IMG/VR virus record: IMGVR_UViG_3300045971_000354
Span: 79,464-143,463 of that record
DNA length: 64,000 bases
Direction: 5' to 3' (one strand)
Origin: a virus
Shown: piece after piece, positions 47,093 to 58,300 of the stretch
How the letters are laid out: each line of letters starts with the position of its first letter
How positions within the stretch are numbered: position 1 is the first letter of the stretch
Program-made: the position numbers and the translations under genes
Notes under the pieces: model-generated
The model's input: the letters and a program-made list of their open reading frames with translations, nothing else
Told to the model about the DNA's origin: nothing
The model's database searches: none

Positions 47093-47121
47093 ATTGTAGC
47101 ACATAAGAAAGGGACTGTCAA
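47093..47121 (-). promoter_or_regulatory. sigma70-type promoter, apparently leaderless
   Basis: TTGACA-17 nt-TACAAT, 5 nt before the ATG. Confidence 0.7.
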
Positions 47122-47130
47122 GTCCCTTTC
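47107..47130 (-). terminator. Intrinsic terminator overlapping the -35 box
   Basis: gaaagggact-gtca-agtccctttc, a 10-bp inverted repeat. Confidence 0.8.
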
Positions 47131-47132
47131 GT

Positions 47133-47495
47133 TTATTCTAAAAACGGAGCAAGTTCCGGTGCAGTCCATCCGACTGGTTTGAGAACTTTACCATCTTCTC
47201 GTTTTCGAACCTTTCCTGTTTCTTTATCAATTTTGGCAAAGTTAGTTTTCATAACTTCTTTCCAAGCACCTTCTGCATCAAATCCGGCACTATGAATTGC
47301 CCCAATTGTAACAACTAGTATATCGATTAATGCATCAAGTTGTTCTAACTTGTCGTTTGCTTCAAGTGCATCGTTTAGCTCAGTATGTTCCTCATCAATT
47401 AACTTGATGTACATATCGTATTGCGCTTGATTAAAGCCTTCAACACTTTGGTCGCAAGCTCGCATAAATGTTGCTTGATCACGGAACGGATTCAT
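47133..47495 (-). CDS. MazG-like/PRA-PH all-alpha NTP pyrophosphohydrolase
   Basis: LIDEE..EL, DALIDILVV..G, EV..TN..K...REDGKVLKP; start MNPFRD at 47495. Confidence 0.85.
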   Translation of the reverse strand: MNPFRDQATFMRACDQSVEGFNQAQYDMYIKLIDEEHTELNDALEANDKLEQLDALIDILVVTIGAIHSAGFDAEGAWKEVMKTNFAKIDKETGKVRKREDGKVLKPVGWTAPELAPFLE

Positions 47496-47496
47496 A

Positions 47497-48099
47497 TTAT
47501 TTTTCCTTTTTTCTGTTTGCTTGTGCAAGTTTTCTTGCTTCGGACCAAGGTTTCCCTTTTAAATGTCCCCATTTCTGTTTCCGGTCATCCTCAGGTAGTT
47601 TCATCCTATCTGATGCCGCGTCTTTCATTTTATTTTTAATATCGTCGGAATGCGTCTTTCCACGATACGGATTATTCTCTCTCATCCATTCACTATGATT
47701 TTCTTTTCTTTCTGCTGCTTTAACAGGATCATTTTGAATTTCTTCATATGACATTCCTTTGTAAGGGCTCGTCCTTCCTCTTGCAGAATTTCCTATTTTT
47801 TTCTTTGCGTCAGTTGTGTGAGAAAAAGTTCCACCATCGCCCGATTCTGGTTTAAGATTTGCCCATTCAACTGCTTCTACTATATTCCACATTTTACTAT
47901 ATCGCAACCCTTCTTCTTTTATTTTAACAGGATCTTCACTTTCGCACAATATTTCAGTATCAAATTCATATCCATGTTTATCCAAGTGTGCCCGCCATCG
48001 TGTGCCTGAACCGGGATACGAGTGCGGGTCTTTTGAAGAAGTTTTGCCTAAATATTTTAGTCCTGTAATTCGATGTGTTTTTATGTATAAGTAAATCAT
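47497..48099 (-). mobile_element. Free-standing GIY-YIG-like homing endonuclease with NUMOD3
   Basis: YLYIKTH.ITGLKYLGKT...Y.GSG..W..HL.KHG...ANLKPE; paralog of 9310..9870; start 48099. Confidence 0.8.
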
Positions 48100-48127
48100 A
48101 CAACTATTTATCACCGAAATGGGTTGG

Positions 48128-48505
48128 TCATGTTGGAATATTGAAATTAAAGTTTGAACCGGCACCTGCTGCAATTCCTCGCATTACATCAGTTGGCTTT
48201 TCGTCGGTAATCATCATGATACCGTTATTGTCTGCAACGTGCAATTCAGTAATGCTGCCGTCTGCATTTTCGTATTCGAAAGTTCGTGTCCATCGACCGT
48301 GTTCCATTAAAATCCAGTCACCTACCTTGACATCGAGCATATCGGGGCCTACTGCAAATACCTTACCCCAACGTGGTTTAATACCTTGACCTTTACCGTT
48401 GTCGCTTTGCAGGACAATTCCCGTGGCTGTTTTTTCTTCGCCGAAGTTCATGTCACTGACGAACACTCTATCTTTCAACGGGCGTAACGTACCTTGAATC
48501 TTCAT
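48128..48505 (-). CDS. groES: Co-chaperonin GroES-like
   Basis: LRPLKDRV, TATGIVL, G.V.AVGP, VKVGD. Confidence 0.85.
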   Translation of the reverse strand: MKIQGTLRPLKDRVFVSDMNFGEEKTATGIVLQSDNGKGQGIKPRWGKVFAVGPDMLDVKVGDWILMEHGRWTRTFEYENADGSITELHVADNNGIMMITDEKPTDVMRGIAAGAGSNFNFNIPT

Positions 48506-48506
48506 C

Positions 48507-48713
48507 TTATTCCTTTGGTGATTGATTGTTGTAGTGATCGTTCACAATATCTTCACGCTTGCGAATAACTTGTCCGCCTGCACCTAGTTCGTCACCGCGA
48601 GCGTTCATTCGAACGTTTCCGACCGCTGGCATTGTTTCGTTGTTTAATGCAAGTGAATCCATGTCTACGACTTTTCCCTGCATTGATCTGTGTACTATCT
48701 TATTAGTGGCCAT
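48507..48713 (-). CDS. Hypothetical phage protein
   Basis: 68 aa, SD AAGGAG; AVGNV.MNARGDELG.GG. Confidence 0.75.
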   Translation of the reverse strand: MATNKIVHRSMQGKVVDMDSLALNNETMPAVGNVRMNARGDELGAGGQVIRKREDIVNDHYNNQSPKE

Positions 48714-48724
48714 TATAGCTCTCC

Positions 48725-49246
48725 TTATTTTAAAAATTCGTGTATGTCTAAATCATACTTTATACTGTCAACTTTGTGCACTCCTAACAAGTATAAACAA
48801 TAACTTGCTACAGAGCTACCTCTTCCTACTCCCCACACAATGTTATTTGTCCGGAGAGTATCAACTAAGTATTTAAGATAAACCAAAATCTCGAACATTC
48901 CATGCTGGATAAACAGTTCTAATTCTTGTGAAACTCGAGCTATTTGAACGTTTGTTTCACACATACCGTATAGCATTTCTACAATGTTTGGATAGTAATC
49001 ATCGGGCATGAACCAGTTAGATTGATTTACTTTGTCAAAGACAGCTTGATCAATATCTGTCTCTTCTTTAAATAATGTTAGCATTGCTAGTTGATCTGCA
49101 TTAGATCTTACAGCATTGTTAATTTGAGCAACTAGGGTCGGATCTTCGATATTTAGATCAGCTATGTCAGAGATTTTACCAGAATATAATCCTTGGAATA
49201 TATCCTGTTCATTTAATATTACTTCTCCGAACTTTGTGACATGCAT
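48725..49246 (-). CDS. DNA polymerase III alpha (DnaE)-like fragment
   Basis: RV..EL.....G.......L..LVD......I.WGVGRGSSVAS..LYLLGVH.VD.IKY.L. Confidence 0.8.
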   Translation of the reverse strand: MHVTKFGEVILNEQDIFQGLYSGKISDIADLNIEDPTLVAQINNAVRSNADQLAMLTLFKEETDIDQAVFDKVNQSNWFMPDDYYPNIVEMLYGMCETNVQIARVSQELELFIQHGMFEILVYLKYLVDTLRTNNIVWGVGRGSSVASYCLYLLGVHKVDSIKYDLDIHEFLK

Positions 49247-49251
49247 ACGCT

Positions 49252-49280
49252 ATTATAGCGCAATAGATTACGAAGGTCAA
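49252..49280 (-). promoter_or_regulatory. sigma70-type promoter, apparently leaderless
   Basis: TTGACC-17 nt-TATAAT, 5 nt before the ATG. Confidence 0.7.
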
Positions 49281-49516
49281 TCTATTTTGATTAACCCGTC
49301 TAAATCTTTATTCTTAGCCAACATTTTCTTAGTTGCTTCGTGTTGACGACGCTGTATTTCGAATCGAAGTGCTTCGACAACTAAGTTAACTTGCAAAGCT
49401 AGCTGTCCGTTGCCCATTCTAAGAGCAATAGAATATTTCTTATTAAGATCAGTCATTTTACTTTCAATGTCTGTATCTTTCAAAACTGTTAGATCGTCAA
49501 GTAACGGGTTAAACAT
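49277..49516 (-). CDS. Hypothetical phage protein
   Basis: 79 aa, helical. Confidence 0.7.
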   Translation of the reverse strand: MFNPLLDDLTVLKDTDIESKMTDLNKKYSIALRMGNGQLALQVNLVVEALRFEIQRRQHEATKKMLAKNKDLDGLIKID

Positions 49517-49519
49517 ATA

Positions 49520-49924
49520 TTACCAGCTTGCGCTTACTGTATTTACTTTTGCCCATATATCTGCATTATTTCCGGACCACGTAGAATAACATACATATAC
49601 AGACGCATTAGTTGCGTATACCATTCCTTTAATGTCCCCACGCTGCCCTTTTGAACTTGCTGGGGTAAAATTTGTGTATGAGCATGAAGTAGACAAATAG
49701 TTAGTAACTGTACTCCATACACTATTAATTACATTGGTTGTAATAGTGGCAGTATATGCTGAATTAAAAATACTAATACTATTAATCTCGTTTGCAGTTG
49801 CCGTAAAAGCATTTTTAATACTTTGGAAATTAGTTCTAAAGACCGCAGTATCATTGTCAACTCCCGGGACGGGAAAATTTTCGTTGATTATTGAGCTGTA
49901 ATTAGTAATAGTTGATAATGTCAT
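49520..49924 (-). CDS. Putative virion structural protein
   Basis: INENFPVPG.DND...FRTNF..IK; P.SS.G..GD..G; late core TAAATA 49943-49948. Confidence 0.6.
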   Translation of the reverse strand: MTLSTITNYSSIINENFPVPGVDNDTAVFRTNFQSIKNAFTATANEINSISIFNSAYTATITTNVINSVWSTVTNYLSTSCSYTNFTPASSKGQRGDIKGMVYATNASVYVCYSTWSGNNADIWAKVNTVSASW

Positions 49925-49949
49925 GTTGTATCCTTAGAATGTTATTTAA

Positions 49950-52331
49950 TCAGTTTGGGTATAGTATCCATCCAGATTGGCCAGTATCTTGAGTTGATTC
50001 TACCACTATTCTATCTGTATCAAAATTAAACTGTTTAAGATCAACTCCGCTTGCTTGTATTCTAGAAAGTATTTTAATTGCTGCGCCAGGGAGTGTGTAA
50101 CAAATAGGAACGGCTTTAATAAATCCAACTGGCACTCCGGATGTTGGTTGCAACGTAGTCATATATTTTGGTCTTAGAAACTCGTCAGTTGCAATTGTAC
50201 CGCCCGGTAATGTTATGCTTTCCAATTGAAGTTGTATATTTCCTACTGACTCCGAGTTTGCAGGCGACTGAGATCCTATCATCTGATCGTCAATAATGTC
50301 GGCGTAAATCAATTCGTATATATTATTGCCCATGCTATCTTGTGCAAGAATACTTTTTATTTCACCGAAATAAAACTTCTTTCGTGCAAAATGTTGTGTT
50401 AACGCCGAGGCATATAAATCAAGTGTAGTTTTTTGTATCCCAGTCTCTATCATCATTTTGATGTTTGGTTGGACGCCGAACTCAGGGTCATTTGGTCGGT
50501 AAATTAATAGCGGATCAAATATTATCGAGTCACTAATAAATGCTCGATAGTCCGATCGTTTACTTACAGAGAAAAACGGCCTAACGTATAGTCTAGTGTA
50601 TTCTATATTACTGCTAGTAACTGTAATATGGAATTCTTTATCAACATAACTTATTCTATAAACATCGCTTGCACGTACAGTGAAATAGTAATCTCCTGCT
50701 GCATTACCGTATTCGATCTTTCCCTGTATTGTTCCATCTGAATTTAGTCTTAGACCAGTCGGTAACACTCCTTGAATAAGATCATACACAACCCCAGATG
50801 CTGCGTTAACATTCTGTGCTACAATTGCAAGATTGCTAATCTCACCAGAAATCACATTACCTAATTTTGCTGGACTAATAAATTGAATAACACTATCAAC
50901 ATCGCCTTTGATTGTAAGGATAAAAATCTGGTTCGCGACTACATATTCTGGTTGAAAAGTTACTGCTCCGTTGTATCGGTTTATTACCGGAATAGTATCT
51001 GTGTTAGAAGTTTTTCTTATTTGGACTGTAAATCTATAACTTGTACTGTACGATGGTTGATAAGATAGTTGACCATAAATCTCGCCAGTACTCGGATCTA
51101 GACTTAATCCCGGAGGATGTCTACTTGCAGTTCCTACATATGCAATAGTAGAATCAGGGATAGTAACAGCTAACGGCTGATTTATGTACATATATCCGCT
51201 AGTATCGGATGTCTTAATAACTCCGGTAACTGTATAAGTAGTGGAATCAAATCCTTCGAGAAAATCACTAAATCGAATCTGCATTCCTGCTACAGGTATA
51301 ATGGCCGCATCTCTAAATAATATAGAAGACCGGCCTACTGTGTTTGCTCGAGGAATTCCTGTTATATCGTAGTCGGAATCTGTTATAAATTTTATATCTG
51401 GGTTTACATTAATTGAATCCCAATTATACGCAGCAGTTCCTTGGTAATCGTATGGATCATAATTATGCAAAGTAAAAATATGTTTTCTTGCAGCTCTAAC
51501 CGTTCCTAAATTTGATGCCGGAGGTAATCGATCTCCGTATTTGTTTTTCCAAATTGGTGCTAATAAATATCCAGCACTTGCATCAATCACTACGGTGTCG
51601 AGGGTAGTATAACTATAGTCTGTTCTTAACGTTGCAGGATCAACCACTTTAATACTGCATGCCTGTCTTGTCGAATCTATTCCGTCAGTTGCAGTTACTA
51701 CGAACTGATATATCTTACTGATTGCGGTATTAGTTAACGGTACATTTCCGGAAATATTTTGATCATATGGATCACCGTCATAAAAATCAGTATCAAACCC
51801 GCCAGTGATACTCGACTGCACATCTAATACAAGAACATCGTCAACATACCCGGTAATTCTGCCATTGGTATTTAAAGTTAGTCCCGGTGGCAATGTTCCA
51901 TCGTTATCACTGATATAATATTTTATACTGTTACCTGGCGCAAGTACATCAGTCTCTGCTTGTAATGTAAAATCAACAAATTCCTTATTGATACCGTAAA
52001 GTTCTCCGTTTAACCCCACATTTAATAATCCCGGTGGAGTAACCCATACTGGACTTTGTGGTCCAGCCACTGTGAATACAAAACTTCGATCTACTAGGCC
52101 ATCTACATTCTTTGCTCTCACAGAAAACAATGAATCTTTATTATTGTATACCGATGCAGGAATTCCAGAAATTATACCTGTGCTAGATGAAAGTGTTAGC
52201 CCTGCAGGTAAAGAGCCGCTTATAATGGTATAAGTAATTGCTCCAACTGCTTGTATAACAGTTGAAGTAGATTCTCTTTCAGTTAGGGTTCCTAAGAACC
52301 CGGCTGGCGTCGACCAAACAGGTGCACTCAT
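49950..52331 (-). CDS. Virion structural protein with repeated putative Ig (He_PIG-like) domains, baseplate-associated
   Basis: Repeated G.LP.GL.L...G.I.G motifs; P.W.TP.G.L; TAATG coupling to the fibre gene. Confidence 0.7.
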   Translation of the reverse strand: MSAPVWSTPAGFLGTLTERESTSTVIQAVGAITYTIISGSLPAGLTLSSSTGIISGIPASVYNNKDSLFSVRAKNVDGLVDRSFVFTVAGPQSPVWVTPPGLLNVGLNGELYGINKEFVDFTLQAETDVLAPGNSIKYYISDNDGTLPPGLTLNTNGRITGYVDDVLVLDVQSSITGGFDTDFYDGDPYDQNISGNVPLTNTAISKIYQFVVTATDGIDSTRQACSIKVVDPATLRTDYSYTTLDTVVIDASAGYLLAPIWKNKYGDRLPPASNLGTVRAARKHIFTLHNYDPYDYQGTAAYNWDSINVNPDIKFITDSDYDITGIPRANTVGRSSILFRDAAIIPVAGMQIRFSDFLEGFDSTTYTVTGVIKTSDTSGYMYINQPLAVTIPDSTIAYVGTASRHPPGLSLDPSTGEIYGQLSYQPSYSTSYRFTVQIRKTSNTDTIPVINRYNGAVTFQPEYVVANQIFILTIKGDVDSVIQFISPAKLGNVISGEISNLAIVAQNVNAASGVVYDLIQGVLPTGLRLNSDGTIQGKIEYGNAAGDYYFTVRASDVYRISYVDKEFHITVTSSNIEYTRLYVRPFFSVSKRSDYRAFISDSIIFDPLLIYRPNDPEFGVQPNIKMMIETGIQKTTLDLYASALTQHFARKKFYFGEIKSILAQDSMGNNIYELIYADIIDDQMIGSQSPANSESVGNIQLQLESITLPGGTIATDEFLRPKYMTTLQPTSGVPVGFIKAVPICYTLPGAAIKILSRIQASGVDLKQFNFDTDRIVVESTQDTGQSGWILYPN

Positions 52332-55300
52332 TACATTCTTCCCACAACAACTTCGATAACTCCCTCAACTCCGTCAAAGTTTTGAAGTGCTTTTCCAATT
52401 ACTGAGCCGAGCACTGGGGAATATGACGCACGAGCAAATCCGCCACCTGCTGATATCATCATATCTCCCTTTCGTACCTTACCTCTAACCTTAACCGGGA
52501 CACGTCCTGTTAATGCAAGTGCTGTAACAAACTCTCCAGTTAATGCTGAATTCATTAAATGTGCTGGGTTAGTAGATACTACACCTGCCACTCTTCTCGT
52601 GCCATCTTCTGCAATAGTAATTTCTAACTCACCACCAAACTCTAACACAGTGCCAACTTCATACACTGCATCGGCCAAATAGTTTTCTGCCAAGTCAGCG
52701 TATTGCGCAGCAGTGGCAGTTCCGTGCAGTACATTACAACGAATATCTTGACTAGCATCTCTAGCAACTACCGTGCTTGCTACTGATGCTGTATATGCTT
52801 GGGTTCGAATACCTAATTCATTTATATACAAGTTAGTAGCAAAGTCTGCAACACCTGAAATGTTTGAAGCAAGGTAGTTTGTAGATGCAGTCCAACTTGG
52901 CCCGCCGTACCAAGTTGCATTTGCTCCAGTTGCTCCGGAAAATCCGCCAAGTGTTAAATTTGTAAGTCCGTCTTGAACATTTGCAAATAAATGAGCCGCA
53001 TTTGTTACAGAGATACTCCAACTTCCGGAATTTAAAACAACCTGTGTTCCGTTGACATATAATTGCCCGTTTGGCATGTTATAGTTAGTACCGTCATAAT
53101 ATACATATTGACTACCGTTAGACCCTAAATAAAGTACCCCAGTTGTTGCAGATCTTGCTAATGTTAAATCTCCAGTAATATTCAATGCAGATGCCGCAGC
53201 AGCTCCAACGCCGCCGCCTGTAATTGATAGCTTAGTAAACGACGGACTAGCAGTAGTTCGTAAATCTTGCGAAGTATTAACAGTAATTGTTCCGGCAGCG
53301 TAAGACAATGTTACACCGTTTCCGCTAGTAAATGTAAGTGTTCCTCCTAGTGCAACATTACCAGTTCCGCTTGTGCCAGTGAATGTAATTGTTCCTGACC
53401 CTTGAAGTGCAGAGTTTGGTACGCTAAGTGATGTTAACCCACTGCCGCTTCCGTTAAACGAAGTGCCTGAAATTGTGCCCAGCGAATTAACATTACCAGA
53501 AGCCGATGCTACTGTAAACTTGTTAGTATTAACATTTAAATCGCCTGTAATATTTGCAGTGGAAGATAATGTAGCAACTCCAGTAACGCCTAATGTACCG
53601 GCAACTAATGTATTTCCATTTGCAGCAGTTACATTAAACTTGTTAGTAGCAATGTTAAGATCACCTGTAATATTTGCAGTGGAAGATAATGTAGCAACTC
53701 CGGTTACACCTAATGTACCAGCAACTAATGTATTGCCAGTTGCCGAAGCTACGTTGAACTTGTTAGTAGCAATGTTAAGATCACTAGTTAACGATGTTAC
53801 TCCAGTAACGCCTAATGTACCGGCAACTAATGTATTTCCATTTGCAGCAGTTACATTGAACTTGTTAGTATTAACATTTAAATCACCTGTAATATTTGCA
53901 GTGGAAGATAATGTAGCAACTCCGGTTACACCTAATGTACCAGCAACTAATGTATTGCCAGTTGCGGCAGCTACATTAAACTTATTAGTGTTAACACTTA
54001 AATCACTTGTAACGCCTAATGTACCAGTAATTCCGGTGTTGCCTGCAACATTTAAATTATTTTTAACTGAAGTTAATCCAGTTGCTGCTCCTATATTCAC
54101 CGCAGTCGCAGCACCGAATGCATTAACTGTTGTTGCTACAGTATTGAAGACATTTGCAGTAGCTACATCAGTTGTAATAGTTGCATTAGTGTTTAACGAA
54201 ATTCCGCTATTAAGAATTGCAGTATTTGCATACACAGTCCCCCAACGCTTTACCCCTGTTCCTAAACTTTCTGCAAGGTCAGTGTTTGGATTTAAATTAC
54301 TGCTAAAAGACCACGCACTACTAATATTCTGCAACCATGTTTGTACCGTTGCGGAAGATACATAAGATGCTGCGGTGTCTGCTGCGGTGTTTGTGGCACC
54401 GAGTAATCCTCCACCTACAGGAATATATGCATGCTTGCTAGGAATAATACCGTTTGCAATAGTAGTCGCGTTTGCTAAACTAATCCAACCATTATTTGCA
54501 GTAAACATTATGCTATCGAATTCTGCAACTCCTAAGCTTAATTGTTGTGCACGTTGTCCGCCTGTTGGAGCACTTGCAGATGTTACCGCAGCATTCATAA
54601 ACAACTTGCTCTGTGCAATCTGAGCATCGTTGTTTATATGGTAGTCAGTGATTGGGTTACTTGATCCTGCACCGCCTACTAGTTTAAATGTTGCAATGTT
54701 ATTTGTTCGAGTAATAGTTAAGTCACTACCTCCTGCTCGAGAAGTTGGAGTATTAACAATTGTGCTAACATCATTTGCTACGTTTACTAATCTTGTTCCT
54801 GCATTATATACCGGAGGATTAGTCGATGTATTGACTACTAACGCTGGGCCAAACATTACAAGATCTTGATTTGTAGCATTAGTTAATGTTACATCACTAA
54901 GTTGATTGAACTGTTTATTTTTATCTACGTATCTCTTTGTGACAGCTTGAATAATAGGATCAACTGTAAATTGAGTATTAAAAGTAAGATTGCCTGTAAT
55001 GTACTTTGAAATAAAGATTGCACTATTTGGGTAATCGATTCCGGTTATTATAGTTCCATCGGGAATATTTGTTCCGTAGATGTGTCCTTGTGTACTAAGT
55101 TGATTAACATTATTTAATATCAAATAGTTAGTTGGGGATGTTGCATTTACCTTTAATGTAACAACAATATTTTCTGGATCTTGATATAGTTGTAACGGCC
55201 CGCTCATTTCGCCTTGCGCAGTAAGATGAGAGGTTCCGTCAGTATCAGTTGCAAAAGTACCGTCTAATGAAAGTTTAAGATCGGCGTAATTCTTGTTTGC

Positions 55301-58300
55301 TGCATCCCTTCCATATCCATATGTTGTTGGTCTCGGAGTATTAAGATTAGAAATATTATTTCCACCGGCACCCATATTCAATGTGCCCTTCATTTCCAAC
55401 AGACCTCGTAAGTCAAGGAACTGTGGACCTAATGGAGCACCGGCATAAATTGCGCCGTTACGATCGAGACCTAAACGACGATTGATGTAATTAGCAACTG
55501 CTTGTTCGGTCGGCACCTTGTAATCAGCTTCAGTTACCATTGTGTTATCAACGGAGAATTCGTTTACAGGAGGTCCAAGATCTCGTCGTAAGCTAATCGA
55601 ACTTAGGTTACTGATATCGAGCGGCACGCTAATGCTTACAGAGCCCTTTGCTTGATTTACAGTTAACGCATTACCGACACGGAAATTTCCATCCTGGTCA
55701 GTTGTCATGTAATAAACACGAGCCTTGTTTGTTTCAATAACTTCGTGACTTTGTTGTGGGATATTGATCGGAGGTCCGTATAAGTCATTTGGAATTCGTG
55801 TATCGGCGTATCCGCCAGTTCCGATGTCTACAAAGTCGTGACCAGTCGCACGTAATAGCGAAATTCTTGTAGTAACTGCACCTGCAGAGTTAATTGGGAA
55901 TCCAGCGCGTAATATTACACCTTTACCAATGTCCTCAACTAACGGGCGATCGATATCGATTTCTGCCCAGGACTGTCCAGTTTCAACTTGGCCGCGATAT
56001 CCGACAATATTGTAAATTTGATTGCCCAATGCAAATTGATAGTTTCTTACTGGAGTTGAAACTAAGCCGGACCAAATTCTATTTGCGCTTAATAGCTCTA
56101 ATGGATTAATTTTAATAATCGATGTTCCGGCAATACCTGCGATCTTCACAGGACTGTTAATAGAAGCATTTCCAGTAATCGAAATTGCAGTAGTAGATGA
56201 AATCCATCCAGCACCACCCGAGTCTATCGTTATTGCTCCAATATTTCCGTTACTTGTAATGGATGCATGAGCAGTAGGGTTAACAGAGGTAAATGTTAAC
56301 GATGTTCCGTTAGTAATTGTTCCGTCACCTGTAGATATATTACTTGTAGGATAACTTATGCCGACTAAATTAATAGCGGAATTAATATAAGTGACCATAG
56401 TTCCTGTAATAATAGAATTGCCCGATACTTCTTGGCCGATCATTATTCCTGCGACAGTATTAAGATATACTGCTTGAATACCACCGGTATTTGCTCCTTG
56501 ATCGCCTGATACTGTATGAGATGTCGGTGCCGCCAGTGCGAGTTGAATACTAACTGTTACAGTTGAAGAATATCCGGAACCAGTATTTGTTAGGGTCGGG
56601 TAAGTAACACCTTGTTCAGTAGACTGGAAGGTAATGTAATTATAATCCTCGAGTGTATAAACGAATACCGAACTATCTGGTTGCACAGTACTAAATCCAG
56701 TGATATGATATACATATGTTGGATCATCGTTGTAAGTTAGCGAAGTACTTGGGCGGCTAATAACTGACGGATTTACACCTCGAAGCTTTACAAGAGTATT
56801 AGCTCTAACGATAACAGTATCATTATTTCTTAGACTTGCATAAAGACCGGTAGTTGCTCCTGACGAAATATTTCCTGAATTAAAGAATAGTTGATAGACA
56901 TTAGGAATAATCTTATTAGAAACATCAGTTGCAGGAGTTGCAGCACCTACACTATATGTTCTAATAATCCCACTATGATTAATTTCAACCTGACTTCCGT
57001 TCATCGGAGGATAGCCGCCGTTCGTCGGATCAATTGTGATATACACCGAAGCTTGCCCTAATGTTGCAGGGAATAACGGAGGGTATACATATGCCTTAGC
57101 AATTTGAGTTAACGGATACGTTATATTAACTGCTAACGGAACTTCGTTTGGATCAGAACCTTCTGCACACAATCCGTATTCACCGTAACAGCTTGAACCG
57201 GTTGTAGTTCGCATCTGCGCGCCATTCAGCGAATAATAACTTCTATAGTTGTAATATGTAAACATACTAACGTTTTCTGCAAAGCCACCGTTAGTTGCAA
57301 AAATACCATATCCTAAATCATTAACCTGTGTAAAGTCGTTTGCTAGCATCGAACGATTACCTGCGGTAATCAATTCAAATTGGGCAGGTACTGTGTCAAT
57401 GAATCCGGACACAGGAGTAGGCACTGTAATAAGCATGTTACCAAACACTACTTGATATTGGGTTGCCACTGACCAATTAGATCCGGGAGTATTGATGATG
57501 AAGCTTGTAATACCACCGTCTACATCAACACTGGTTACAACACCGTACGCGGCAACTGCACCGAATGCATTTATTGGAAGAAATTCAATTCGACATCCTA
57601 CAGCATACCCAGACCCGCCATTTACAATTGATGCTGATGCAATTCCGTTCCCGGTTGTAAATGTTAAGTTATTAAATATTGCACCGCCGATTGAGATGTT
57701 TGGCGCAACTAGATAACCGGTACCTGGAAAATCAATTACAATACTTGTAATTTTTCCAGACACATCGCTTGTTGCATGTCCAGTTGCAGCCAATCCGCCG
57801 ATTCCGCTCGGTTGATCGATAATTATAGGAATGGCGCTTTGTGCAGTACGGAATCCGCCTATCGTATCAGTCACTGACACAGGGTTCGGAATACCGCCTG
57901 GGGATAACGGATTTAAGTTCAATATTGCTGAATAGTCTGTAACGGTGCTTCCGTCTGGGTAAGTTATCACTCCTGCTGGAGTAAAATTACTTATAAAGTC
58001 TACTTCGTATCGAATTCCTCGTACTGTAAAGAATGTAGGGACCTGTTGCTTACGACGAAGACCAGAAACTGTTACATGCAATGGGTCTGCAATATACGAT
58101 GATGCGGTGGGGGTTGCAATCACATTTCCTGCAAAGCCGTCAATAAACATTCCGCCTGCAAATCTGTGTTTTGCAATACTTTGACTAAACGAAGATGCAG
58201 TTTGGGTGTACGGAGACTTGTTCTTAATCTGTCCAACTGGATCTAGTACCATCATAAATCCGCCGTGATTCTGGCAGCTTACATAACGAATAACGTTTGC

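Noticed and set aside
47497-48174. ORF-track start positions for several genes (48174, 47528, 47102, 28303, 26806, 60850, 60819, 13665)
   Set aside because: They overlap neighbouring genes or promoters; downstream ATGs fit SD or promoter positions better.
53495-54030. Possible diversity-generating retroelement TR/VR pair
   Set aside because: Repeats are tandem and in frame, differences are not adenine-specific, and no reverse transcriptase is in the window.
53463-54365. 300-aa plus-strand ORF with repeats
   Set aside because: Antisense shadow of the repetitive fibre gene; no RBS. The same applies to 1217..1522, 3558..3962 and most short opposite-strand ORFs in the track.
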